A stretch of 24,000 nucleotides of DNA from Rhodoferax sp. (GTDB lineage Bacteria > Pseudomonadota > Gammaproteobacteria > Burkholderiales > Burkholderiaceae_C): the NCBI GenBank assembly GCA_030682475.1, contig JAUXOA010000101.1, positions 10,202 to 34,201 on the forward strand. The letters run 5' to 3'. Position numbers and translations under genes: made by a program. Below the pieces are notes generated by a model. The model did not search any database and was not told the origin of the DNA. It saw nothing but the letters and a program-made list of their open reading frames with translations. This document shows positions 8,855-18,334 of this stretch, piece by piece; the first letter of the stretch is position 1, and each line of letters opens with the position of its first letter.

Positions 8855-9153
8855 AACTGTGAGGCAATTGGGGTAGCACTGGAATCCGACCCCAATTACA
8901 CAACCAAAACCGGTGCCGAAGCCGGCAGCACCAAACTGGGGCAACGCATTTCCCTGGCGGATGATTTGTACCGGTATGACACGCCGGGCGTACTGTGGCC
9001 GCGCATCATCGTGGCCAAAAGCGGCTACAGCCTGGCCGCCGACAAGCTGAGCGGCAGCTTTGATGCGGACAAGTGATTCGCGTCGTCGGAAAAAGTGAGT
9101 GTGGGCCAGCCAGGCGAGGTGATGTTTGGCCGACTGCTTGCCAAGCTCGTGCT

Positions 9154-9603
9154 TCAGCGCGTCAGGGCCATGAACAACTTTGGCAGTTGCTCGGGCAGGC
9201 GCTCGATGTGATCGATCACGGTGTACTGGTGGCCGAATATGTCGCTCACATAGTTGTCGGCCTTGGGGTCCAGATTGATGCAGTAGGTGAAGATGCCTTT
9301 TTGATCAGGCTCCTTGACCGATTGACGCGCGTCTTCGATCAGCAGGCGTTCGTCATGCGCGTCCACGTCGGACGGTTGTCCGCCGGTCAGGATCAGCATC
9401 AGTTTCTTGTCGGCTTTCTGGGCTTCAAGGTAGTGCGCGTCGTCGCGCGTATTGGAGTAAAAACCGGCAATCGCAAACGGGTTGCCCAGTTGTTCAATCG
9501 ACCAGGCCAGCAGAGACACCGCTTCCTGGCTGAGATGCAGAATGGTCTGGTCCGAGCCGGCGGCTTTTTCATTGAGCGACTCCGACAGGTCCAGCAGCAG
9601 CAT
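9154..9603 (-). pseudogene. 5'-truncated VWA-domain gene of the CbbO/NorD type (C-terminal ~147 codons only)
   Basis: It reads [13 protein letters not shown]... (DxSxS MIDAS motif at the very start), ...LMLILTGGQPSDVD..., and ends ...ERLPEQLPKLFMALTR, the C-terminal pattern I associate with NorD/CbbO. Full-length members are several-fold longer. Upstream of 9597 the frame continues only as antisense moaC sequence. Confidence 0.6.
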
Positions 9604-9790
9604 ATTTTGCACTGCAACGGTCGAAACCGTCGGCCCCACTGGTGTCGAGATGGAAGCACTGACCGCGGTGCAGGTAGCGCTGCTCACCATTTATGACATG
9701 TGCAAGGCGGTGGATCGGGGCATGACCATCACTGGCGTCAAGTTGCTGGAAAAGCACGGCGGTAAGTCGGGTAGTTTTGTGGCCCGCTAA
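9597..9790 (+). pseudogene. moaC 3' fragment (direct repeat copy 2, 64 codons plus stop, no 5' part)
   Basis: It encodes [63 protein letters not shown], matching moaC residues from 7099 onward with one I-to-T change. The listed ORF 9482..9790 has an unrelated N-terminal part that is antisense to the VWA fragment. Confidence 0.88.
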
Positions 9791-9814
9791 GGACGATACC
9801 GTTGGGGGGCAAGG

Positions 9815-10732
9815 TCAGTCGGCTGGACCGGCCGGTGGCGGACGATGCGCGAACAACCAGGTCTTGAAGGCGGCGGCGACGGCTGAGAGCTTCTTGCCCT
9901 TGGGATAGACCACCTGCCAGTGGCGGATCAAGGGGAAACCCTGCACATTCAGCAGCACCAGTTCCTTGAGCGCCAGCTCGGCCACCACGGTGGTGCTTGA
10001 GAGCACCGCCAGCCCCAAGCCACCGGCCACGGTTTGCTTGATGGCCTCGTTGCTGCCAACTTCCAGCCGATTTTTAAGCGTGATACCGTGCGCTGCAAAA
10101 AACCGCTCGGTCGTTAGCCGCGTGCCGGACCCCGGCTCGCGCAGAATAAAGGGCTCGTTCGCCAGGCGCTGTGGCGCCACATTGCGCTGCCCGACCAGCG
10201 GGTGCGTGGGCGGGGCCACCAGCACCAGCGGATTTTCTGCAAAATCCTCACTCACCACGTCCATCTGCTGCGGCGGCTGACCCATAATGTAGAGGTCGTC
10301 CTGGTTGCTGGCCAGGCGCTGCAGCAGGCTTTCCCGGTTGCCTACAAAGAGTGACACCTCGATGCCCGGATGCGCCGCACAAAACCCGCCCAGCAGTTTT
10401 GGCACCGTGTATTTCACCGTGGTCAGGATGGCGATCTTGAGGCTGCCTTTGTTGACACCACGCAGGGCGGCCAGGTCTTGCGACAGGCGCTCCATGCGGT
10501 TCTCGATGTCCTGGCAGGCATCGGCCAGCGTGCGCCCGGCAGCGGTCAGAAAAATCTTCTTGCCCAGTTGTTCAAACAGCGCCTCGCCCACGGTTTCAGA
10601 CAGTTGCTTGACCTGCAGCGACAGGGTGGGCGGCGACAGATGCAACTCCTCGGCGGCGCGGGCAAAGCTGCTGTGGCGGGTAACCGCCAGAAAGATGCGC
10701 AATTGGTGCAGCGTGGCGTGACGCAGATGCAT
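9815..10732 (-). CDS. cbbR: LysR-family transcriptional regulator CbbR (divergent from cbbL)
   Basis: 305 aa. The N-terminal wHTH is TLHQLRIFLAVTRHSSFARAAEELHLSPPTLSLQVKQLSE, followed by a LysR substrate-binding domain. It is divergently arranged 183 bp from cbbL, the canonical cbbR position. Confidence 0.85.
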   Translation of the reverse strand: MHLRHATLHQLRIFLAVTRHSSFARAAEELHLSPPTLSLQVKQLSETVGEALFEQLGKKIFLTAAGRTLADACQDIENRMERLSQDLAALRGVNKGSLKIAILTTVKYTVPKLLGGFCAAHPGIEVSLFVGNRESLLQRLASNQDDLYIMGQPPQQMDVVSEDFAENPLVLVAPPTHPLVGQRNVAPQRLANEPFILREPGSGTRLTTERFFAAHGITLKNRLEVGSNEAIKQTVAGGLGLAVLSSTTVVAELALKELVLLNVQGFPLIRHWQVVYPKGKKLSAVAAAFKTWLFAHRPPPAGPAD

Positions 10733-10758
10733 AGGGATTTAAATGATTTATAAAAATC

Positions 10759-10771
10759 TACCGTAACGGTA
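10759..10771. promoter_or_regulatory. Candidate LysR (CbbR) recognition site, T-N11-A dyad
   Basis: TACCGTAACGGTA is a perfect 13-bp palindrome that fits T-N11-A. It sits in the AT-rich cbbR-cbbL control region, and a second dyad TAAATgATTTA lies at 10740-10750. Confidence 0.4.
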
Positions 10772-10894
10772 AGAACATTTTACTTTTATTTATCTTCTGA
10801 CGGGACAACAATCCGCACCAGTTCAGAGCAAAGCCACCCCAAGTTGGCGCGCTTTGAGCCCCAAAGTGATGATTCTTGCCGGAACACCCCCTAA

Positions 10895-12385
<1,491 letters not shown>

Positions 12386-12406
12386 TTCATACAAGGAGAA
12401 ACAATC

Positions 12407-12841
12407 ATGATGACTAATCCTTCGCATATCGTCACGCAAGGGCAGTTTTCTTTTCTGCCCCCATTGACCGATGTGCAGATCACTGCACAAGTCAAATATG
12501 CACTGGGCAAGGGCTGGGCGTTGGGTATTGAATACACCGACGATCCGCACCCACGCAACACCTATTGGGAAATGTTCGGCAATCCGATGTTTGACCTGAA
12601 AGATCCCGCCGGAATTTTGGTGGAGATTAACAACTGCCGTAAGACATTCCCGAATCACTACATCCGTGTCACCGCATTCAGCGCGATACGCGGGGTAGAG
12701 AGCGTGACCATGTCCTACATTGTCAACCGTCCCAAGAATGAGCCAGGCTTTGGTCTGGTGCGTCAAGAAACGGATGGCCGTACCATGCGCTACACCATCC
12801 ATTCTTACGCCACCGACAAGCCTGAAGGCGAGCGGTATTGA
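12407..12841 (+). CDS. cbbS: RuBisCO small subunit, red-type (with C-terminal extension)
   Basis: 144 aa. TQGQFSFLPPLTDVQI is the red-type N-terminus, YWEMFGNPMFD is present, and the long C-terminus is typical of red-type small subunits. A GGAG SD lies 8 nt upstream. Confidence 0.93.
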   Translation: MMTNPSHIVTQGQFSFLPPLTDVQITAQVKYALGKGWALGIEYTDDPHPRNTYWEMFGNPMFDLKDPAGILVEINNCRKTFPNHYIRVTAFSAIRGVESVTMSYIVNRPKNEPGFGLVRQETDGRTMRYTIHSYATDKPEGERY

Positions 12842-12884
12842 TTGAGCGCATTGCTTTAAAAGCAGCGTTGTAAAAACGTAGTGC

Positions 12885-12919
12885 AAATGGCGGGCGCAAT
12901 AAACGCCCGCCATTTTTTT
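12885..12919 (+). terminator. Rho-independent terminator/attenuator between cbbS and cbbX
   Basis: ATGGCGGGCG (12887-12896), loop CAATAAA, CGCCCGCCAT (12904-12913), a perfect 10-bp GC-rich stem that runs into T7 (12913-12919). Confidence 0.8.
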
Positions 12920-12954
12920 CAACAACCCATTTTAAACACCATCGGGAATTTCCC

Positions 12955-13908
12955 ATGAGCGAAACAGATCCACTGAATGCCATATTGGCGGACGACGCGT
13001 CGGTCAATCTGGAAGCCGAATTTGAAGCCTCCAACGTCAAAGACGTACTCGACAAGCTCGACCGCGAACTGATCGGCTTAAAGCCGGTAAAAACCCGCAT
13101 CCGCGAAATCGCGGCACTGCTGTTGGTGGACAGGCTGCGCAAACAATTCGCGCTTACATCCGCCACCCCCACCCTGCACATGAATTTTACCGGCAACCCC
13201 GGTACCGGCAAGACCACTGTGGCCATGCGCATGGCCGAAATTTTGCATCGCCTGGGCTATGTGCGCGAAGGCCATCTGGTTTCCGTCACCCGCGACGATC
13301 TGGTCGGTCAGTACATCGGCCACACCGCGCCTAAAACCAAAGAAGTCATCAAAAAAGCCATGGGCGGCGTGCTGTTCATAGACGAAGCCTATTATCTGTA
13401 CAAGCCGGAAAACGAACGCGACTACGGCGCGGAATCCATCGAAATTCTGTTACAGGTGATGGAAAATAACCGCGACGATTTGGTGGTGATCCTGGCCGGT
13501 TACAAAGACCGCATGGACAAATTTTTTCATAGCAACCCCGGCATGCGCTCGCGCGTTGCGCACCACATTGATTTTCCAGACTACAGCGCCGAAGAATTGT
13601 TGCATATCGCCAAGCTCATGCTGGCAAGACAAAATTATCGCTTTAGCGCCGATGCCGAAAAAGCCTTTTTTAAATACATTTCGATACGCATGACGCTGGA
13701 ACATTTTGCTAACGCGCGCTCGGTACGTAACGCACTGGATCGTGCCCGCCTGCGCCAGGCCAATCGCCTGTTTGCTAACGCGAGTAAATCACTGAGCAAA
13801 ACCGACCTGATGACGCTGGAAGCGGAAGATATTTTAGCCAGCCGTGTGTTCCTGGAAGGCAAGCTGGACATGGACGGCGATGAAGGCAGTGACGGGGTAG
13901 TTGATTAA
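12955..13908 (+). CDS. cbbX: Red-type RuBisCO activase CbbX (AAA+ ATPase)
   Basis: 317 aa. Walker A is [11 protein letters not shown] and Walker B is VLFIDEAY, followed by the CbbX-like [31 protein letters not shown] block. It lies downstream of red-type cbbLS. Confidence 0.92.
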   Translation: MSETDPLNAILADDASVNLEAEFEASNVKDVLDKLDRELIGLKPVKTRIREIAALLLVDRLRKQFALTSATPTLHMNFTGNPGTGKTTVAMRMAEILHRLGYVREGHLVSVTRDDLVGQYIGHTAPKTKEVIKKAMGGVLFIDEAYYLYKPENERDYGAESIEILLQVMENNRDDLVVILAGYKDRMDKFFHSNPGMRSRVAHHIDFPDYSAEELLHIAKLMLARQNYRFSADAEKAFFKYISIRMTLEHFANARSVRNALDRARLRQANRLFANASKSLSKTDLMTLEAEDILASRVFLEGKLDMDGDEGSDGVVD

Positions 13909-13978
13909 GTTGCTTCAGGCCACAGGGGAAAACAAAACGACGCGCGTTCCTTATTTTTCCTATGCGGGAGAAAGGGAT

Positions 13979-14134
13979 ATGCTGGACGACTGGGCTATAA
14001 AAAAAGGGGGGGAGGAATTGCCAAATTATTGGGAAGAAAAAACCCAATTGAGCATAGACAAAATTCCAACCCATATCATCAAAAAAATGTTCAATCGTGA
14101 AAAATATCTAATCATGGAAGAGCAAAATACATGA
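13979..14134 (+). CDS. Hypothetical small protein (51 aa; the alternative TTG start at 13901 gives 77 aa)
   Basis: The ATG at 13979 is preceded by GGGAG (13966-13970) at 8-nt spacing. The stop TGA at 14132-14134 overlaps the next ATG (ATGA). The product is Lys/Glu-rich with no motif I recognise. The region is very AT-rich, so coding status is uncertain. Confidence 0.35.
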   Translation: MLDDWAIKKGGEELPNYWEEKTQLSIDKIPTHIIKKMFNREKYLIMEEQNT

Positions 14135-14454
14135 CACTCAACGACCTTTATCGCGAGATGCGCGTAGCGCTGGAAGGGTCTGTCGATGCCGCAGCTATTG
14201 ACCGATTGACAACCGAGGCCAATCGGTTCGCCAGTACGGTAGGCTGGGCTGAAGGCGTGATTGACAAAGATGGGCGAATCGCCGAAGCCTTCGACGGCCT
14301 TAGAGAAATGGCCCAAGCCCGTTTTGAGCAAACCCGCGACAGCAACAGTGCTACTCTGCACGATGCGCTGGCTGGTCTTGTCCTCGCCATACGCACCCAT
14401 GACGAAGATATTGATCCGTCACCCGACAACGACGATCAGAACCACGACACCTGA
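14131..14454 (+). CDS. Hypothetical acidic protein (107 aa)
   Basis: ATGA start/stop overlap with the upstream ORF, and GGAAGAG lies ~9 nt upstream. The sequence looks helical/amphipathic with an acidic tail (DEDIDPSPDNDDQNHDT). No motif recognised. Competing ORFs on other frames look less protein-like. Confidence 0.5.
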   Translation: MTLNDLYREMRVALEGSVDAAAIDRLTTEANRFASTVGWAEGVIDKDGRIAEAFDGLREMAQARFEQTRDSNSATLHDALAGLVLAIRTHDEDIDPSPDNDDQNHDT

Positions 14455-14596
14455 CAGCGTCAACGCTAAACAGAAATGTCCGCTATCCCCTGTTTCCCGC
14501 TTATTGCTGAGTAATGTCCTTTCCATCGTGGGGCTGGGACCCTGAACTCGGCGATGACGACTGACCAGATTGAGTCGGCACCGCGTGCCGTGCTCT

Positions 14597-15508
14597 TCAA
14601 GCCCAAGAGTTGATCAAAGGGCCGCCCTGCTCAGTCAGGAAGGCTTTGAACGAGGTGGCGGCGGGCGAGAGCTTTTTCTGCCTCAAGTGGGTGATGTACC
14701 AATTGCCCAACAGCGGCATACCTTCGATGTCCAGCAGGGCGATGTGGCCGCTGGCCAGTTCGTGGCGCACGGTGCGCATCGACAAAAAGCTCAGGCCCAT
14801 GCCGGCCATCACCGCTTGCTTGATGGTCTCATTGCTGGGCATGGGCATCACCACTTTTAACGGCGTCTGGTGTTCGGAAAACAGCCTCTCCATCGCCGCG
14901 CGGGTGCCCGAGCCCTCTTCGCGCACCACAAAACCGTAGTCAACCAGGGCTGAAAATGGCAGGTGTTTGCGTCGTACCAGGGCATGGCCGGGCGCCGCCA
15001 CGAACGCCTGCGGGTTGGTGGCAAAGGGAGTGGCTTCGCAGTCCAGGTTGGCGGGCGCGCGGCCCATCACCACCAGGTCGGCCTCGTTGCGCGCCAGCAG
15101 ACCCAGAATATTTTCGCGGTTGTCGATCTTCAACTGAATGTCGATGCCCGGAAAGTGTTGCCCAAAGCGCACCAGCAGCATGGGGATAAAATATTTGGCG
15201 GTGCTGACCACGGCCAGGTCGATGCGGCCCCTTTTCAGGCCGACATGCTCGGCCATCTGGGATTCCAGGTCTTTGAACTGGCCCATGGCGGCAATCGCGT
15301 GGGTCAAAAATGTCTCGCCCGCGTGGGTGAGCTGGATGTTGCGACCCAGGGGCTCGATCAGCGGCAAGCCAAACGCATCTTCGAGCTGACGGATTTGCAT
15401 GGACACGGCGGGTTGGGTCACAAACAGCCGCTCTGCCGCCTTGGACACCGAGCGCTGGCGCGCCACTTCGATGAAGGTCTGAATTTGTTTCAGGGTGTAG
15501 GGGCGCAT
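14597..15508 (-). CDS. LysR-family transcriptional regulator, second CbbR-like copy (divergent from cbbY-cbbK operon)
   Basis: 303 aa. The wHTH is TLKQIQTFIEVARQRSVSKAAERLFVTQPAVSMQIRQLED, followed by a LysR effector domain. It is divergent, 141 bp from cbbY. Confidence 0.85.
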   Translation of the reverse strand: MRPYTLKQIQTFIEVARQRSVSKAAERLFVTQPAVSMQIRQLEDAFGLPLIEPLGRNIQLTHAGETFLTHAIAAMGQFKDLESQMAEHVGLKRGRIDLAVVSTAKYFIPMLLVRFGQHFPGIDIQLKIDNRENILGLLARNEADLVVMGRAPANLDCEATPFATNPQAFVAAPGHALVRRKHLPFSALVDYGFVVREEGSGTRAAMERLFSEHQTPLKVVMPMPSNETIKQAVMAGMGLSFLSMRTVRHELASGHIALLDIEGMPLLGNWYITHLRQKKLSPAATSFKAFLTEQGGPLINSWA

Positions 15509-15524
15509 GGGAGACTCCTTTTAG

Positions 15525-15544
15525 TCATCAGTTCAACCTGATGA
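15525..15544. promoter_or_regulatory. Candidate operator dyad in the LysR-cbbY control region
   Basis: TCATCAG-ttcaac-CTGATGA, a perfect 7-bp inverted repeat 17 nt from the LysR start codon. Confidence 0.35.
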
Positions 15545-15649
15545 TTTTTCTAAAAAACGTGATTAGAGTTTATGGGTTAAGGGGTTTAAAGTAAATCCCC
15601 CTATCACTGATATACGAAACTGATTTCTCCACCCCCTGAAGAGAAGCCA

Positions 15650-16402
15650 ATGTCTGCGACCCCCCTTCAAGCGCTGATTTTTGATGTCGATGGCACCCTG
15701 GCCGACACTGAAAGCGCGCACCGCGCGGCGTTCAACCACGCCTTTGCCGAGCTGGGCCTGGGCTGGGAATGGGACGAGGCGCTCTACACCGAGTTGCTCC
15801 ATATTTCGGGTGGCAAGGAGCGTATCCTGCACTACTGGCAAACCAGCCAGCCCGAGTTGCGCGAGCTCGAAGCCATGGCCCTGCAAGACACGGTGAACCG
15901 CCTGCACGAGCTCAAAACTGCTGCCTACGAGAGCGCCGTCAACGACGGTGCTGTCAGCCTGCGTCCGGGCGTGCTCAAACTGATGGACGAAGCCTTGGCC
16001 CAGGGTCTGCAACTGGCGATTGCCACCACCACCTCGCCCGTCAATATTGCGGCTTTGCTGCGCCGTGCGGTAGGCCCGGACTGGCGGCTGAACTTTACAG
16101 CGATTGGCGACGCCTCCACCGCGCCCATCAAAAAACCCCATCCGCAGGTTTACCTGCAGATGCTGGCGGCGCTCAAATTGAAGCCCGCAGAGTGCCTGGC
16201 ATTTGAAGATTCCAGCAACGGCTTGCGCGCCGCCACGGCAGCCGGGCTGGCGACACTGATCACGCCCACGCGCTACACCGCGCAGCACGATTTTTCGGCC
16301 GCCATGCGGGTGGTCCCTGATTTGAGTCAGATCGATCTGGCGCAATTGCGGCGCTGGCACGCCCAGAGCCAGCACCCGGCGCGCGTCGCCGCCACCCGTT
16401 AA
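15650..16402 (+). CDS. cbbY: HAD-family phosphatase CbbY (xylulose-1,5-bisphosphate phosphatase type)
   Basis: 250 aa. HAD motif I is LIFDVDGTLADTE, with later ATTT and FEDSxNGLxAA blocks as in CbbY. It is the first gene of the operon downstream of the second LysR gene. Confidence 0.85.
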   Translation: MSATPLQALIFDVDGTLADTESAHRAAFNHAFAELGLGWEWDEALYTELLHISGGKERILHYWQTSQPELRELEAMALQDTVNRLHELKTAAYESAVNDGAVSLRPGVLKLMDEALAQGLQLAIATTTSPVNIAALLRRAVGPDWRLNFTAIGDASTAPIKKPHPQVYLQMLAALKLKPAECLAFEDSSNGLRAATAAGLATLITPTRYTAQHDFSAAMRVVPDLSQIDLAQLRRWHAQSQHPARVAATR

Positions 16403-16407
16403 CATAA

Positions 16408-17151
16408 ATGTCCGAAGCGCTGAAAACCTCACCAGAAAGCCGCACCATGACCAGCTCACCGTCCCCGACCCTTCGCCTGGCCCCGTCCATCCTGTCGGCA
16501 GACTTCGCCCGCCTGGGTGAAGAAGTGCGCGCCATCGAGGCCGCCGGTGCCGATCTGGTGCACTTTGATGTGATGGACAACCACTACGTGCCCAACCTGA
16601 CCATCGGGCCACTGGTCTGTGAGGCGATTCGCCCGCACGTGCAGATTCCAATTGACGTGCACCTGATGGTGGAGCCGGTCGATTCGCTGATTCCCTTGTT
16701 TGCCAAGGCGGGTGCCAACATCATTACCTTCCACCCCGAAGCCTCAAAACATGTGGACCGCACCCTGCAACTGATTCGCGAGCATGGCTGCAAGGCCGGG
16801 CTGGTGCTGAACCCGGCCACCTCGGTGGAATGGCTGGACCATGTGATGGACAAGCTCGACATGGTCCTGCTGATGAGCGTGAACCCCGGCTTTGGCGGAC
16901 AGAAGTTCATCCCCAGCACGCTGGGTAAACTGCGCACCGTGCGCCAGCGCATTGAGGCGCATCAAGCGCGTGGTGGCCAGCCAATCTGGCTGGAAGTCGA
17001 TGGCGGCGTGAAGACCGACAACATCGCCGACATCGTACGCGCCGGGGCCGATACCTGTGTCGCGGGCAGTGCCGTGTTTGGCGCACCGGATGCCGATGGC
17101 GGCTACCACAGCGTGATGCGTGAATTGCGCCGCCAGGCTGGCGCGATTTAG
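16408..17151 (+). CDS. cbbE: Ribulose-phosphate 3-epimerase
   Basis: Contains [48 protein letters not shown] and VDGG. The start is ambiguous: the ATG at 16408 is 5 nt after the cbbY stop, and the ATG at 16447 ([14 protein letters not shown]) is the alternative. Confidence 0.9.
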   Translation: MSEALKTSPESRTMTSSPSPTLRLAPSILSADFARLGEEVRAIEAAGADLVHFDVMDNHYVPNLTIGPLVCEAIRPHVQIPIDVHLMVEPVDSLIPLFAKAGANIITFHPEASKHVDRTLQLIREHGCKAGLVLNPATSVEWLDHVMDKLDMVLLMSVNPGFGGQKFIPSTLGKLRTVRQRIEAHQARGGQPIWLEVDGGVKTDNIADIVRAGADTCVAGSAVFGAPDADGGYHSVMRELRRQAGAI

Positions 17152-17165
17152 ACGATTTTGATACC

Positions 17166-17218
17166 TTGTGGGACAGACCGCAGTTACGCGAAGCGAACAA
17201 GCTCTGTCCCCAACTGAT
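17166..17218 (+). repeat. Intercistronic palindromic element, full copy 1 (cbbE-cbbF spacer)
   Basis: TTGtGGGACAGA (17166-17177) pairs with TCTGTCCC-CAA (17203-17213). The inner hairpin is GTT-a-CGC-GAA-GCG-AAC (17183-17198). The element ends 16 nt before the cbbF ATG. Confidence 0.85.
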
Positions 17219-17234
17219 TAATGGATGAACCCCC

Positions 17235-18329
17235 ATGCTTTTGACCCAACGCTCTACCCTGACGCAATTTCTGATCGAAGAGCGCCGCCGCTTCCCTGGC
17301 TCCGGGGGCGACTTCAACGCCCTCATTCTGGACGTGGCGCTGGCCTGCAAAGCCATCGCCAGTGACGTTGCCTTTGGCGAGCTGAGCGGCATGATGGGCA
17401 ACCACGCGGTCGAGGAAGGGAGCTCTGTCAACGTGCGGGGCGAGACCCAGAAAAAGCTCGACGTGGTGAGCAACGACGTCTTTATCCAGCGAACCGAGTG
17501 GTCAGGTCATCTGGCGGGCATGGCTTCGGAAGAGATCGACTTGCCGTATCAAATTCCGGGGCAGTACCCGCGCGGCAAGTACCTGCTGGTGTTTGACCCG
17601 CTGGACGGCTCCAGCAACATTGACGTCAATGTCGCCGTGGGCAGCATTTTCTCCATCCTGCGCGCACCGCAGGCGGTGATCGACAGCGGCCGCGATGTGG
17701 TCGAGGCTGACTTTCTCCAGCCCGGCGCAACCCAGATTGCCGCCGGCTACGCACTGTATGGCCCCGCCACCATGCTGATTCTCTCGGTCGGCAACGGCGT
17801 GGCGGGTTTCACACTCGACCCGAATCTGGGCGAGTTCATGCTCACGCACCCCCATATGCAGATTCCGCCAGATACCCATGAGTTCGCCATCAACGTCTCC
17901 AACAGCCGGTTTTGGGAGGCCCCGGTCAAGCGCTATGTGGATGAATGCCTGGCCGGCAAGACCGGGCCCCGGGCCAAAGACTTCAACATGCGCTGGATCG
18001 CCTCCATGGTGGCCGAGGCGCACCGCATCCTGATGCGCGGCGGTGTTTTTTTGTACCCGCGTGACACCAAAGATGCGTCCAAGGCGGGCCGCCTGCGCCT
18101 GCTGTATGCGGCCAACCCCATTGGTTTTATCATGGAGCAGGCCGGGGGCCGCGCCAGTACCGGCGAAAAACCGATGCTGGGCGTGCAGCCAAGCTCGCTG
18201 CACCAGCGCATCGGCCTGGTGTTTGGCTCCAAAAACGAGGTCGAACGCATCGAGCGCTACCACGCCGAACCCGAGCCGAAAGAAACAGTGGACCCCCTGT
18301 TTTCTCCGCGCAGCCTGTTCAGAAACTAA
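17235..18329 (+). CDS. cbbF: Fructose-1,6-bisphosphatase class 1 (FBPase/SBPase)
   Basis: 364 aa. The N-terminus is [12 protein letters not shown], and [12 protein letters not shown], GxxLYGP and LLYExxPxxFxxEQAGG-type blocks are present. Confidence 0.93.
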   Translation: MLLTQRSTLTQFLIEERRRFPGSGGDFNALILDVALACKAIASDVAFGELSGMMGNHAVEEGSSVNVRGETQKKLDVVSNDVFIQRTEWSGHLAGMASEEIDLPYQIPGQYPRGKYLLVFDPLDGSSNIDVNVAVGSIFSILRAPQAVIDSGRDVVEADFLQPGATQIAAGYALYGPATMLILSVGNGVAGFTLDPNLGEFMLTHPHMQIPPDTHEFAINVSNSRFWEAPVKRYVDECLAGKTGPRAKDFNMRWIASMVAEAHRILMRGGVFLYPRDTKDASKAGRLRLLYAANPIGFIMEQAGGRASTGEKPMLGVQPSSLHQRIGLVFGSKNEVERIERYHAEPEPKETVDPLFSPRSLFRN

Positions 18330-18334
18330 CAGCC

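Noticed and set aside
8855-9076. An open + strand frame ending ...VLWPRIIVAKSGYSLAADKLSGSFDADK* upstream of the PglL gene.
   Set aside because: There is no ATG/GTG/TTG start giving a product over 36 aa, and I recognise no motif. It is recorded only as a possible gene remnant within the island finding.
9482-9790. A 102-aa ORF listed as a possible gene.
   Set aside because: Only the last 64 codons are moaC-like. The first ~38 codons are antisense to the VWA fragment, so it is annotated as a moaC 3' pseudogene fragment instead.
14576-14590. The CGGCAC-cgc-GTGCCG hairpin between the convergent 107-aa ORF and the second LysR gene, considered as a bidirectional terminator.
   Set aside because: It has only a 6-bp stem and no U-tract on the minus-strand side, and only a weak one (TGCTCTTC) on the plus side. 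That is insufficient to call.
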